This document shows positions 1 to 12,279 of a DNA stretch of 64,000 nucleotides, piece by piece. This DNA comes from Azolla caroliniana. Lineage: Eukaryota; Plantae; Polypodiophyta. The stretch is from contig JBHGNT010000010.1 in NCBI GenBank assembly GCA_043228905.1, forward strand, positions 20,274,001 to 20,338,000. The letters run 5' to 3'. The notes beneath the pieces were generated by a model. It was not told the origin of the DNA, did no database searches, and worked only from the letters and a program-made list of their open reading frames with translations. A program made the position numbers and the translations under genes. Position 1 is the first letter of the stretch. Each line of letters starts with the position of its first letter.

Positions 1-864
1 TTTACATATAAATTATTTTATTTTTGCAAAAAAGAAATTAAATATGTTCTTATTTCATTTTATCATATGCGAATGGGGATATCATTGTATGTACGTCAAA
101 GTGTTATAGTGGAATATATGACCCTTTAAAATATCAACAAAAGAACAAAAAGAAGATAGTTATTACTGCTTTCAGGGATTGTAAAAATGCATCATTTTTG
201 AGGAGATATGTGACCATGGCCTATAAACAATTTTGCTCCAGCCAAATGGGTATTTAATCCAGTTCAATGGTTATTCGTTTGCCGAAAAATTGATCAAATT
301 ATAAGGCATCATCCTTGCTGGGAGATTTGCAAATCAGAAAGATATTGAAGAAATCAGAGTACTTTAAGTCCATAAATTTCCCATTTGCTGTCCTAAGAAA
401 ATATTATTCTAGTTCATAATCTAACCATTCTTGGCAAAAACCAAAAGTTGTGTTTTGGTTTTGCAATAAATAATCTAATTCCATTTTTTATATCATGAAG
501 ACTTTTATACAGCCATTCTGTGATATAAATAAAGCCATTGGGCCACATTTAGAACGAGAATGTTACTCATACAGAATGCAGCATTTACTCTCATAACAGA
601 TTTTTGTCATGGTCCACGTTTTTTCAATGAAGTGTCTTAAACTTTTACTGTTGAAGATCCATTGATAATAATGCAGAGATTATGCTTCATGGCATTGCCT
701 GGTTCATCAAGATTGGATTTTCAACTACTTAGCAAGAGCTGAGTCTTTAGACAGAATTGAAGAATGAATCAAAACTTTAGATGCTGGTCTAACTTTTCGA
801 ATGCAAGGGACTCTAGATTGACAATTGCAGATATTAGTACGAGAATAACCTGCCCAACTTAAAC

Positions 865-1344
865 CACTAAAACTGTTCTGCAGTCAAAACTCTTGGATTG
901 GTGTTTGAGAACTGAGTACATGAAATTCTTGGCCTAAGAGCTTGCATGACACAAGAAACATCATTTTGAAGGGGAGGGCATCATGTCTATGGCTGTACAT
1001 GCACTACCGAATATGGCCTTAAATCATCACCTTGATTTGGGTATTGCCCCTGTACATTCATTCCTATTAATTCAAGGAAAGAGGATATCGAGTTCTATAT
1101 TGCTTATTTAAATTGACCATTCAACAGGCATCACTAAAAAGTGTTCTGCGGTCAAAACTCTTCCTTAAGTTTGAGAACTGATTAAATGAAATTCTTGCTC
1201 TAAGTGCCATGCATGGCACAAGTAACATACATTTTGAAGGTGGACCATCATGTATACGGCTGTACATGCTCCACCATGTATGGCCTTAAATCATCGCCTT
1301 CATTTGGGCAGTGCGCCTGTAGATTCGTTCCAATTATTTGAAGC
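865..1344. repeat. Diverged tandem duplication (period about 267 bp) of the MA3 gene stop-codon region and 3' UTR
   Basis: 865-1076 aligns by eye with 1132-1344. Shared blocks include tgttctgc(a/g)gtcaaaactctt, tttgagaactga, atgaaattcttg, cattttgaagg, ggctgtacatgc and tatggccttaaatcatc. Confidence 0.9.
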
Positions 1345-4300
1345 TATGTAAGATCTGGAGAGCCAACCTTCAAAATTTGACCTCTCAACATAAAGCAAAA
1401 ACTTCTTTCTTGCATCAGGTATGTCCAATGCAAGATCATCTAAACTATCTCCAACTCTAGTGAAACCCTTCAACATCTGACTTGAGGTGATAAGACCTTC
1501 ATTAGAGCACTCTTGCAGTAGGACAAGTAGCTTGTCATTCTGCTTCTCCATTGCCATCACAAGGGCTTTTTTCACAACCTCATGGTGGAAAAATGGCATA
1601 TCAAGATCACGGATACACTGACAGGCCTCCAATACATCTCCACCAGCTTCATATTCTTCCAAGAGCTTCACAATTTTGTCTTTGGCATCCTCTACAGCCC
1701 AGCCTGATCCACCACCCCAACATCTCAATATCCTTTCACCAGCATGCCGAGCCACCAGAAGAGCTCTTGTAGTATTTACAATGTCAACACCAAGAGAGTT
1801 TGGCTTCATCTCTTCTTTAATCTCCTCCAAGTCTAGAGGAGCCAAAATATCATCGACCACAACTCGTGCTAAAAACAACGTGAGTATATTTGCTGCATCC
1901 GGTATGTCTAAGGCAGTATCATCAGCTGATTCGAGGAGTAATGAAAATGCTTTAGCAACATCCTCTGAAGTGATTAATTCTGCATACAAGGAAGATAGCA
2001 ATACTGATGCCATCTCCTTCTCACGGTTTTTCCTGTCCATTGCCAAAGTCACCAATCTCTTCACGAAGATTGGGTTCAAATGGGGTGATGACAAATCTTC
2101 TAAGCTCCTAATCACCTCTTCAACATCATCTGAAAGAAAGTACTCTTGAATTATCGAAACTGCCTTTTGCTTAAAAAGACTAAGTTGATCTAATTCCATT
2201 ATACTTGGCTCTTTCGAGCCATTCACTTCAAAAGCAGCTTGTTTCACTATAAATGATGCACTCAAAATGCCTTGATTTTTCGCTTCCAATACCAAGTATG
2301 GAAGCAGCTCTTTTGCATGCACAATATCCAAAGACAGATCATCAATAGCCTCGGCCAGCCGAGTAAAACCTTTTGACATCTGACTGGATGTTATCAAGCC
2401 TTCATTTGCAGCTTCTTTGAGAAGTGAGAAGATAGAACTTTCAGAGTTTCTCTTCTCCATGGCCAATACCAGTGCCTTTTTCACCACTTCATGATGAAAG
2501 AAAGGGACATTCAGCTCTCTAATGCATCGGCAAGCTTCTATTTTGTCTCCACTCTCGGTGAACTCATTAAGAAGGGCCAATATCTTGTTTTTCACAACTT
2601 CCACAGTTGTATGTGTACCTCCACCCCAACGACGCTCTACAATTTCAGCATGTAAAGGTGGTGATAAGTAACTCTTCTTGGCTTTATGAACAATATCATG
2701 ACCTTTTGCCCCTTCTTGAAGAGCATGTGTTACTTTGTGAAGAAAAGAGGGTGGAAGGATGTCATCAACAATAGCCCTAGCAACAAACAAGGCCAATGTA
2801 TCGAGTGCATTGGGTATGTCTATCACCAATTCATCAGCAGACTCAACAAGCTTCGAAAATCCTTTTATTACTTGTTCAGGCTGAATGACATCTACATAAA
2901 GAGCAGAAAGCAACACGGCAGCCATTTCCTTCTCTCGATCATGGCGATCAAGAGACATTGAGATGAGCTTCTTAACAAAGTAATGATGATACATAGAAGA
3001 ACCAAGCTCTCGGAGGTCTGCTGCTGTTTCGGTGATGTTATCAGTGGAAAAATATTCTTCAATAACTTGACCCACTTTTCTTTTATATTCTTGGATTGAT
3101 TGGGAAGCTGGAGTTGTAACTAACTTGTATGGCTCCTGCATATCCAATCAGTATTATAATCATCATAAAGACAAAAACAGAGAATAAAAAATATATAAGC
3201 TTCCAAGCATATTGAAGGAGGTCTTCGTGCTACCGTTTCACTGTCATAATTAGGGTCATTTTTATCAAAACAAACTTCGCCATCAATTTCCAACAAGGAA
3301 CCCCAAGTGCCTCTGCCCCCAGCTCCCCCTGCAAGATCCAAAAGAATATCATGTTTTAAACCCAGAATATTATATTTAGGGTATGGGATTAATCCCATAC
3401 ACATTCACTAAATCTATAAATATCTTTGATCACATCTTGATCCCAGAATAGCATATCTTACATTGACGTAAGATAAAAGTTTGCTACGTTCTTCACATTT
3501 TGAAGCAATCTATGTACATGACTAGGATAAAATTTAACAACCAGAAAACAGAGGTTGGGTTAACCTTGTGTTCCAAGTGAATCTGTATGCTGAATTAGAT
3601 AGGGGAATCAATCCCACATACACAACCTTGAACATGTCTTTGCCTTTATGTTACTATAAACCAAGTCCAAGATTTCCCTCCAATCACATGGTTGAGATCC
3701 AAACCTTGCCTCCCATATGAATCTGTGTGCTGAATTAGAGCGAGTAATCAATCTCATACACATACCCTTGGACATTTCTTTATGTGATAATATCATATAC
3801 TACCATAAGGCAAGATCAAAGAACCCTTTGACATTTCTTTATGGGATAATATCATATGCTACCATAAGGCAAGATCAAAGATTACCATTCGCTTACATGG
3901 TCGGATCAATCCCTTACAGTTCTTCTAAACTCTTTCCTTTATCATATTTTAACATAGTGCAATATAAAATATTAAAATTGATACACATGGTAACATATGA
4001 TTTGCATGCCAAATAAGTGTATAGATGAAGCCCATAAACATCCATAAACCATATGCGTGCTCATATCCTTATTCCAGAAAATCTATCAATGGTTAGCATG
4101 GTAACGCCATGTTTGTGTGATGAATTAGGGTGTGGATCGATCCCATACACATTCTTGTTCCATAAGTATCCTTAGCCACGTCTTCACATCATGAGATCAT
4201 GTTTTGCACACTGCAATATTGTCATTACTCTGGATTCACATGATAGGCAATCTTTGTGCGGTGAATTAGGGTTCCTAACCCACACCTACACATCTTTATG

Positions 4301-5125
4301 TTGGAATATCATAATTTTCTGTAATGCGGGATAAAAGATTATTCTTGATTCGCATGGTTGGATCAATCCCATATACACTACTTAACCCATGCATACGTAA
4401 AAGACCATATTTAATCCTAGTGCAGCATCAAAGAGTACGATTAGTTCATATAGTTAAATCAATCTATATCCTTCATCATGTTTACCATAATGCAAGATCA
4501 AATATTACCATTGATTCACGTGGTTTGCTCAATCCCATGCACACAATTTAACCCACCGTAAGCATATGGTTGGATTAATCTTATGCAAGATCGCATATTT
4601 TCCATTAATTTATATGGTTGGATCAATCTATAGATTTCATCATTGTACCATAATGCAAGATCAACGATTTACCATTTATCCACAGTGTGAGGAAATATTT
4701 TGTGTGTATAGATAAAACACTACATCCATACAGCATACACTTGTTCTATATTCTCATGTCACAATAGTCTGCACCTGTTATGTCAAAATATTTACAAATA
4801 TGAAATCAATTGAGTTAAAATATGCATGCATCTCACACACCATTTTTCAATCCCACTATCTCAAACCTTCACAAAAGAAATTGAAATTAACACATGAAAA
4901 GAAGAATAAAACAGAGTTGATGTTAATCTTACCTTTCTTAGGGAGACCTAGTTTTCCAGAATGATGAGGACCCCTATCATGAAGCTTAGAAGAAGCTTCT
5001 CCATTGACTGTAGCAGAAGAAGAAGAAGAAGAATGCTTTCCATGTTTACTGTGTGAATCAGAGGAAGCAGAGCGCATGAGTTCTCTCTGATCATCAGTAA
5101 GAAAAAGCTCCGGCTCAGCTTCCAT
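1300..5125 (-). CDS. MRF: MA3 domain-containing translation regulatory factor (PDCD4/MRF/ECIP1 family), about 707 aa
   Basis: Coding exons 5125-4933, 3328-3234 and 3135-1300 (stop TGA). Junctions are GT-AG and phase-consistent (193+95+1836 = 2124 nt). Splicing restores the conserved PKKG|GAGGRGTWG...DKNDPNYDS motif. The long ORF has four MA3 repeats (IIEEYF/HHYFVKKL, FFHHEVVKKALV twice, LALDIPDA). Confidence 0.95.
3380..4680. repeat. Degenerate repeat array in MA3 intron 1
   Basis: About 9 variants of ggatcaatcccatacac (near 3385, 3605, 3748, 3903, 4134, 4360, 4528, 4570, 4619). They are interleaved with tgtgtgctgaattag-like and taccataa(g/t)gcaagatcaa motifs. Confidence 0.75.
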
Positions 5126-5134
5126 GGCTTAAGC

Positions 5135-5256
5135 TTAATAATATAAGCTTAAGCCTAATCCTAGATACTGCAAAAGCAGAGGATAAAGAAAAGAAAGAAG
5201 GAAGAATAAGCTTAACCCTAATCCTAGATACTGGCAAAAGCAGAGGATAAAGAAAT
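5135..5256. repeat. Short tandem duplication just upstream of the MA3 start codon
   Basis: Two near-identical copies of taagcttaa(g/c)cctaatcctagatact(g)gcaaaagcagaggataaagaaa. Confidence 0.8.
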
Positions 5257-5529
5257 GAAAGAAGGAAGGGAATGGAAGGAATTCAGAAAAACCTAACACA
5301 TGATCAGCTTCAGAAACCCTAAGCTGGGAAGTCGTATACAAACTATATACGTATGTATGTATGTATATAGTTGGTTGAAGGTAAGCAAACAGAGGGGCGG
5401 CATGGCCGTGGTTTTCTGCTCTGTTCCTGTGTCTTCTTCTTCTTCTTCTTCTTTGCCCTGCTTTTTCTATCTACATACATACATACATACATACATATAT
5501 GATGAGGAATCAAGATGAAGGCCCAGGGG

Positions 5530-5692
5530 AATGGCTATGGCTATGGCTATGACTATGGCTATAATCCGATGCCCATGGCGATGATGATGTGGCGATGGTG
5601 GTGATGATGTGGCGATGGTGATGATGATATGGCAACGGTGATGATGATGTGGCGATGGGGATGGTGATCGTGATAGATCGTCATCATCATGC
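5530..5692. repeat. Compound low-complexity repeat (GGCTAT)n / (GATGATGTGGCGATG)n
   Basis: Seen directly. It explains the overlapping spurious poly-His/poly-Ile ORFs. Confidence 0.8.
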
Positions 5693-8600
5693 TTGATGGA
5701 TATGATGGTTTTGGTTTCACACCTCTGCTCCTTGGCAATACATTCCCCGTCCTTTGCACATACATATTGTCCCGACCCGTTCCACACCACGATTCACTAG
5801 GCCACAAACACCTGCGGTGCCCCACCCACACCCTGTTCTTGCCTCGCCCCTGCTTTCGACTGCACCAAACATGCATACATGTATGGACATGTTGTGCAAC
5901 GCGTGTGGGCGATAGCTTTCTGTTTGAGTCTGTTTGTGGCTAATCAACAATCTCCTTGGAAAATAAAAGTCTGTGGTCATCGAAAGTGGAATTGATGGCT
6001 TTTGCCTTATCATTTTCAGGTGAGCAACTACCTAGATTATGTCATACTATCCTTCTTAGTTGGTACCAATCGATAACCATAACACTTTCGCTAAGCACTT
6101 GGGATTTGAATCGTAGAAGGATTCAAAATTTCTTTTACTTTACACTTGGGTGATGGTCTAAATCATTTATCTATCCCTAACATATGTTGGCCCTATACAA
6201 AATGTGGCACAATGAAAAATGACATATGTTGCATGTTGGATACATATATATGCTTGAGGTCTATTGCCTTTTTCTCACTATGTTCCCAACATTGAGGATG
6301 AGAACCTACCATTATGAGCTCTAAATATGAGGCAAAGCATATATAGTTCGCAATGGTGGGGGGCATGTTGACCCCTTGGTCTCTATTATACTTACCTAGT
6401 TCTTTTGAGCCTACTCATAAAACTGAACATTGTAAAGAAATACATGGAATCATCAATTCACTCCCTATATGATAAATGCCCCCCCACTGACTGTTGCACA
6501 ATGCACTAACTAGGTATGTTCTCCCTCACTCACATAAAGCTCATATTCTTTGGAAGGGTTGGGGAACATGGGAAAATATGGTCTCCTTCCCATGCAATAC
6601 AATGTCAATCACTTCTTTTGCATAGCATCTATGTTGGAAAAAGTTGCTTGATGTAAAAACCAAAATGTTTTTGATTACATTGTGTTTTTTTAGCCTTACA
6701 TTGCATGCTTCTCATATGTGTTTATTATTGTGCATTTGCTCACAACTTTTTTTGTAACAAATTGCCCTTGAGATAAATACAAGGTGTATAGTATTTGCAA
6801 CTGTATACATATTTGCAACTTGGTATACGATGAGAAGTTGGGTATAGGGTCATGTTACACTTGAACGTATACGGCTTTATTTTGTTGTATAGAGCGTGAC
6901 TTCCATTAACGATTACAAATAATAGGAAAAGTTTATGAAATGCGATTAGAATAAAATATCGTGAGATAGGTAGAGAAAAATCTTATCCAGATGTTTCAAG
7001 TACTTTAATATTTGAAAAGCATCTTACAACCCACTAGCTAGAATTGTTTGAAATTTGCATGATTGCCGATATGTCGTCAATGTGATATCACAACATGGAT
7101 TGTAATTACACTAGCTTATTATTAGCATTGACTCACAAGAGGCAGCCTCTTGTTTTTGAATAGTTATTGTAAAGCCTATGTTCGAGGATAAAAAAATAGT
7201 CGTGGCGATATTATTATTGAAAAGGAGTATGATACTTTTACTAAGAATAGCTCAGCTATTCTTGTTAAATAATTTTTTTTGCATTGATACTAGTAGTACA
7301 TAATACATATCATACAATATTTTCCAGATATTTATATTTCTTTGTTGTCATAGACTTTTCCATCTTAAGAAAACTTATATAACCAACCATTGCTTAGCTA
7401 CATTACTTCTCATGTGCCATAGCCCCTATCTATATATGCCATATATGTATACTTAATTCATTATTATATTTACAAACAATCGAAGTTGTTCATCACATTG
7501 CCATTTGCACTGAATGTCTTGTTGTGCTTAAAAGTCGTCCTATCTTAAATATAGTTTGTTAAAAAACCTTCCTCTTAGCTACTCACTAACGCCCACGATA
7601 ACAAATGATATCAAATTCCAAGCTCATCGTATATCCCATGTGATGTGTAATAATTGACGATGCAAAAAGATGCCCATGTGGGTAATCTAGGATCCCACTA
7701 AAATATGACCACCCTAGCAAGGCCCTATTGAAGTTGTCACCACATCTCATTGTTATTTACATGTAATGATCCTCTATTCAATGCCATTGTTACTAGAGAG
7801 AGATGTTTGTGCCTATGCTTGTGCATTTTGATTCACTTTTTTCCATTTCATTATGCATTATAACCTCAATTTAACATTGTCCCTCACTATCTACAAGTTT
7901 TGTGAGCCCAGGATTTAGATAATGACTCTTAAAAGTCAACAATCCAATGAGTACTTTTGAGCATTGTATGATGGCTTTGAATACCAGTTTTTCTAGCACA
8001 AATTTTCCTTATTGATGAACAACTATTACATCCATAAAAAGAGATACAATAGTTTAGTTCTCAAAACTATGTCTTTGAGTTGCAAAGGCAAGAGGTAAAG
8101 GTGGTTTTTGAGCAAATGCATGGAAAATGCATGGAACTCATCATATACACGCATCTCTCCCCAAGTTCAAGACTCACTATGGGTGCAACCTTGTCTCATA
8201 AACTATATTTTTTGTCTCTCATAAACTATAAATCTTCCTCCCTCCACCACTCAACTGAATGTTTCAAAATGATATGCTAGGAAATTTTTTCCTCGTCATT
8301 CCTCCATTATTTCATATTTATACTATTTTGATGCTCAATTGCAAGCATGGTTTCCATTTTAAGACTTTGCGACCACCCCATTAGTAGGAGTGTCATTGTC
8401 ACACCGAGGTTGAGCTCATGTATACCTTTATCTCTTTGTGTATTATGGAAAAACAAAAAGATTCTTGACAGATAGTAACTATATAATATTCACGGGAAAA
8501 TGAACATGCAAACAATAAAAAGGTAATTCCAAACCAACAGGCTACCTCCTTTATTAGTTGGTTCCGAACGAACAAACATTCTATATACATGCCATGTTCT

Positions 8601-9719
8601 TACAATGTCATTGAAAATGTTTAAAGGAAACATCGTGTCTTCATTTGGTTGTCCATTTATGTGGGCCACTAGATTCATTTTATTCATACGTTTAGATTGT
8701 TAGGGAAAGAATAACACCCGGATATTCATAGATTGGGTGGTGCTATATTTTATATAGCTTAAATCTAGATCTTTCTCTAAAAGTTGTACTAAAATTATAA
8801 TTTCTAATAAGTATGTGTGCCCGCTATTTCTGATTTGCCAAAGCAGCGATACAATAAGAGAAACATTCCACAAAACTCTCACATGTAACTCGAGAGATGT
8901 GGATGTTTTAAGTCGAACATCCATACAAAGCAAGAAAATGCAACCTCCCAAACAATAGACAAGAGGGAATGTACATGCGTAAGGCCCCTAGTATAAACAA
9001 GAATGGATGAGAGGGCAGTCTTTGGGTGCTCTCCACATACTCGTGAAACTTGTCGGGATGGATGAGAAAGGCGATCTTCATAAGAGAGATCTAGGGTATA
9101 CAGAAAAGCATATCGACATGTTTGCAATGTACAAAAAGCTCTTGCATGGTATGACAACTTCTCTAGGCTTCTTGGGTAGCGAAATTGGCGCCATAGTCTT
9201 AAGACATAGATATATGGATAGATCTATTACCATATGCTTAGAGGGTGCAATATATGGCAGGTGCTAGCGATGCTATTTAAACTCTTTAGCTTAGTTGATC
9301 GTGAAACAAAGGCACATTTCTCTCAAAGATGATCTAGACAATCGACCAACTAGCGATCATTGGCAATGAGGCCACATATTCTTCTATCCCAAGACAAGAC
9401 AAGACTGGTAGAGTTCAAGCCCTTTCAGGGGCTCACATGCCGAAATGATATGCGGGCAGGTCTCAGGCCAGCTTGTCTAGTTTGAGTTCCGTACGTTCGA
9501 AATCTTATTTTGTTTTTTGCTTTTTTCACCGACACTTAAAAAAAGCTGGTATGTAAAGCAACAAGGCAGGCGTTTGCGTCCGGTGTCGTGACTCGTTAAT
9601 AGTTATCGAGCCACAATTTCGAAGAGTAACTACATACATATGTACATAAATTATAATATACTCTTCTCTTTAAAACCCCCAAAATCACCAAGGTGGCCTA
9701 CAAAACAAACAACCCAATC

Positions 9720-11101
9720 ATGAGGTATGCTCTAAAACCCTAACCCTAACCCTAACCCTAACCCTAACCCTAACCCTAACCCTAACCCTAGTAAAAGGCC
9801 CCTCCTTTGCATTAGGAAGACGCAGAGTAGCTCTCTCATGCATAGTTTCTTTACTCTTCTTCACCTTCTTCCAAAGCTTCACGCATATAAACGAAACTTC
9901 TGGTAAAATCAGGAAAAGGATAAATTCGTAGCTTTCCCTGCATTATAAAGCTCCTACAGGAATTTTTTTTTTCTGTTTTTCTCTGTGGGTTCTTTTGTGT
10001 ACTTCCACTTTATATTTTTGTGAATATGTATCTATATTTTCTGTAGTCGCCATCCAGAGTTGAAATGGGCTCAGAGATCAGACAAATTATACCTTACAGT
10101 TGAGCTTCCTGATGCGAAGAATCCGCAAGTAAAGATTGATCCCAAGGGGAAATTTGAATTCTCGGCTACAGTCGGTCCTGAAAATGTCTTATATGAACTT
10201 GATCTTCATCTCTATGACAAAGTGAATGCTGAGGTATTTTTCTTCAACTTCTTCGATAAAATCTCCATTAAAATTATGTAATTTCATTCTCAATGAAAAT
10301 CAATTAAGCAAATCCCATCGAGAAGTTTCAATTGTATTTTCAAATAGATATTTTTTTTTATGGAGATTTTGGTTCTATGTTTAAGGACATTTTCTATGAT
10401 ACTCCACAAAGTTCTTCCTCAATAAAATTTTCAATTGCATAATGTTGAGATTTAGGATTGTGTAAATGATGACATGATAGCATTTGGTCTTCTTTGAACT
10501 TCGATGTTTGATCGAGTTTTCTTAAAGATATGCATTGAAATCTCTAATGTCTGATGATAGAATTCTCTTATGTTTATTCTTGTGTGTCTGATGATAACAT
10601 TAAGTTGTTGATTTAGGAAAGCAAGGTCAGTGTTGGCCTGCGGAATGTCTCTTGTGTCATTGTAAAGAAAGAAAATGGATGGTGGAAGAGATTACTCCAT
10701 GGAGCAGGAAAAACACCACCTTATTTGAAAGCAGATTGGGACAAATGGATTGATGAAGATGAAGAAAATGAAATCCCAAGCAATAATGGTATATGATTTA
10801 TTTTTTCAAGCATCTGAATTATCTATCCATTTGATATGATCATTGTCTCCTTACATATATAATAGTACATGATCCGACATATATAATACATGATCTATTT
10901 CTTGCAGCCGATAATTTCGATATGGGTTCGATGAATGATTTCTCGGTATGTCGTTCATGTATATAAGATCTCATAATGCTTCTTTGCAAAATATATTATC
11001 AAAATGCTGGTAAAATATGTATAGTCATTGGACTGGATTGAGGTGTTTTGATTTGTTTGGTAGGATTTTAATATTGGAGGTGATGGTGATGGGTTGGATA
11101 G

Positions 11102-11135
<34 letters not shown>

Positions 11136-11482
11136 GGTATGCGATGACGAAGGCTCTTGGAATGCTGTAAAAATGATCATATCGGTTTCGTTTTTTTGGT
11201 GTAATTCTAAATGTTTTCGATGATGTTGGTCCACAGAAGTTGACACAAGTTCGGAGGACAAGAAGGGTACTTAATTTTGTTTCTTACATGTGTAGCTAAC
11301 ATGGTCTATATATTTAAAGGGGAAAAAATCGGGTTAGAAAAGGGCGCATGATTTGTTTCTTTATATTGTAATGGTTACGACGAAAATCTTGGTCTAACTT
11401 ACCCATTGCTCTTTTTATTGTTGTAGATGAGAATCTTAGTTCAAAGCATAATGTAGAGGCAGAGTCTAGTGGCCAAAGTTAA
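9720..11482 (+). CDS. P23: HSP90 co-chaperone p23 (CS domain plus acidic tail), about 186 aa
   Basis: Exons 9720-9724 (ATGAG), 10047-10233, 10617-10788, 10908-10945, 11064-11136, 11237-11266 and 11427-11482 (TAA); 561 nt in total, all GT-AG and in phase. The protein reads MSRHPELKWAQRSDKLYLTVELPDAK...WWKRLL...PPYLKADWDKWIDEDEE, matching the p23/Sba1 signature, followed by a poly-Asp tail. Confidence 0.93.
9736..9790 (-). repeat. Interstitial telomere-like tract (TTAGGG)9 in p23 intron 1
   Basis: The plus strand reads (AACCCT)9A with no interruptions. It begins 11 nt after the intron-1 donor GT at 9725. Confidence 0.95.
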
Positions 11483-12279
11483 GGCCTCATAGGGATGCAC
11501 GTTTTCATAGGTGTCAAGTGACAGTGGAAAGCTAATGTGGACGCTTCGAGATATTCTTGTATGATTTTGACATGTTTCCATCTTCCCCCAAACACGTACT
11601 CTCGAATGGTAATCGATCTAATTACACTTTCTTACATTTCCTTATGTATCGTTTACTCAATTGTCAACATCACATTGATTGCTTTGTAAGCGGGTATTCA
11701 AAAACCCACATGCTATTGTGAAGTGATGGTTTGTGTTCATGAAAAATCTTAATGTCTATACTCTGACAAAGCAATCAAATTTATTATTATATTAGGCCAT
11801 TTCACATATTACATCTCCTTGATATGCTCATTTGGAATTGTAGAATCGATATTCATATGTTACAGTAGCCAGTTTGGTGGTGGGCCCAATATTTCGTGGA
11901 TTCTTTGTGCTCATAACTACATTTCTATTAGAAAATTGGTCGACCCTTTACATATTTTGATAAAAGTGGACATTCATCTAGGTTTATCATTGTTGAATAT
12001 ACGAACAATCTCTCAAGTTTGCTATCTAATTCTTTTCATGTTCACTTTTATATGATTGACTTGCAAATCCTTCCATGATTATGGCTAGTTACTTCATCTT
12101 GTTCAAGATCCCATCATTGTATTTTTGGTAACCAATGAGGTTAGAAGGTATGATAGACTTGAGGTTTGAACCTAGAGCACAGTGAAAACAAGAGAAAGGT
12201 CACTCTTTCTTGTAACATGACATTATCACAATATCACATATCTTAAATGCAACTCTTTCTTAAGAAGGGTGATAATATC

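Noticed and set aside
1551-2961. Plus-strand ORFs overlapping the MA3 gene
   Set aside because: They are antisense shadows of the real coding exon and have no recognisable motifs.
3380-4680. CRISPR-like repeat-spacer array
   Set aside because: It is a eukaryotic intron with degenerate repeats, irregular and mutually related spacers, and no cas genes.
5467-6013. His-rich and other short ORFs upstream of the MA3 gene
   Set aside because: They are produced by (GAT/GGC)n low-complexity repeats, are open in several frames and have no gene structure.
9480-9720. Heat-shock elements in the p23 promoter
   Set aside because: Only isolated TTC/GAA pairs are present, with no three-unit nGAAn array.
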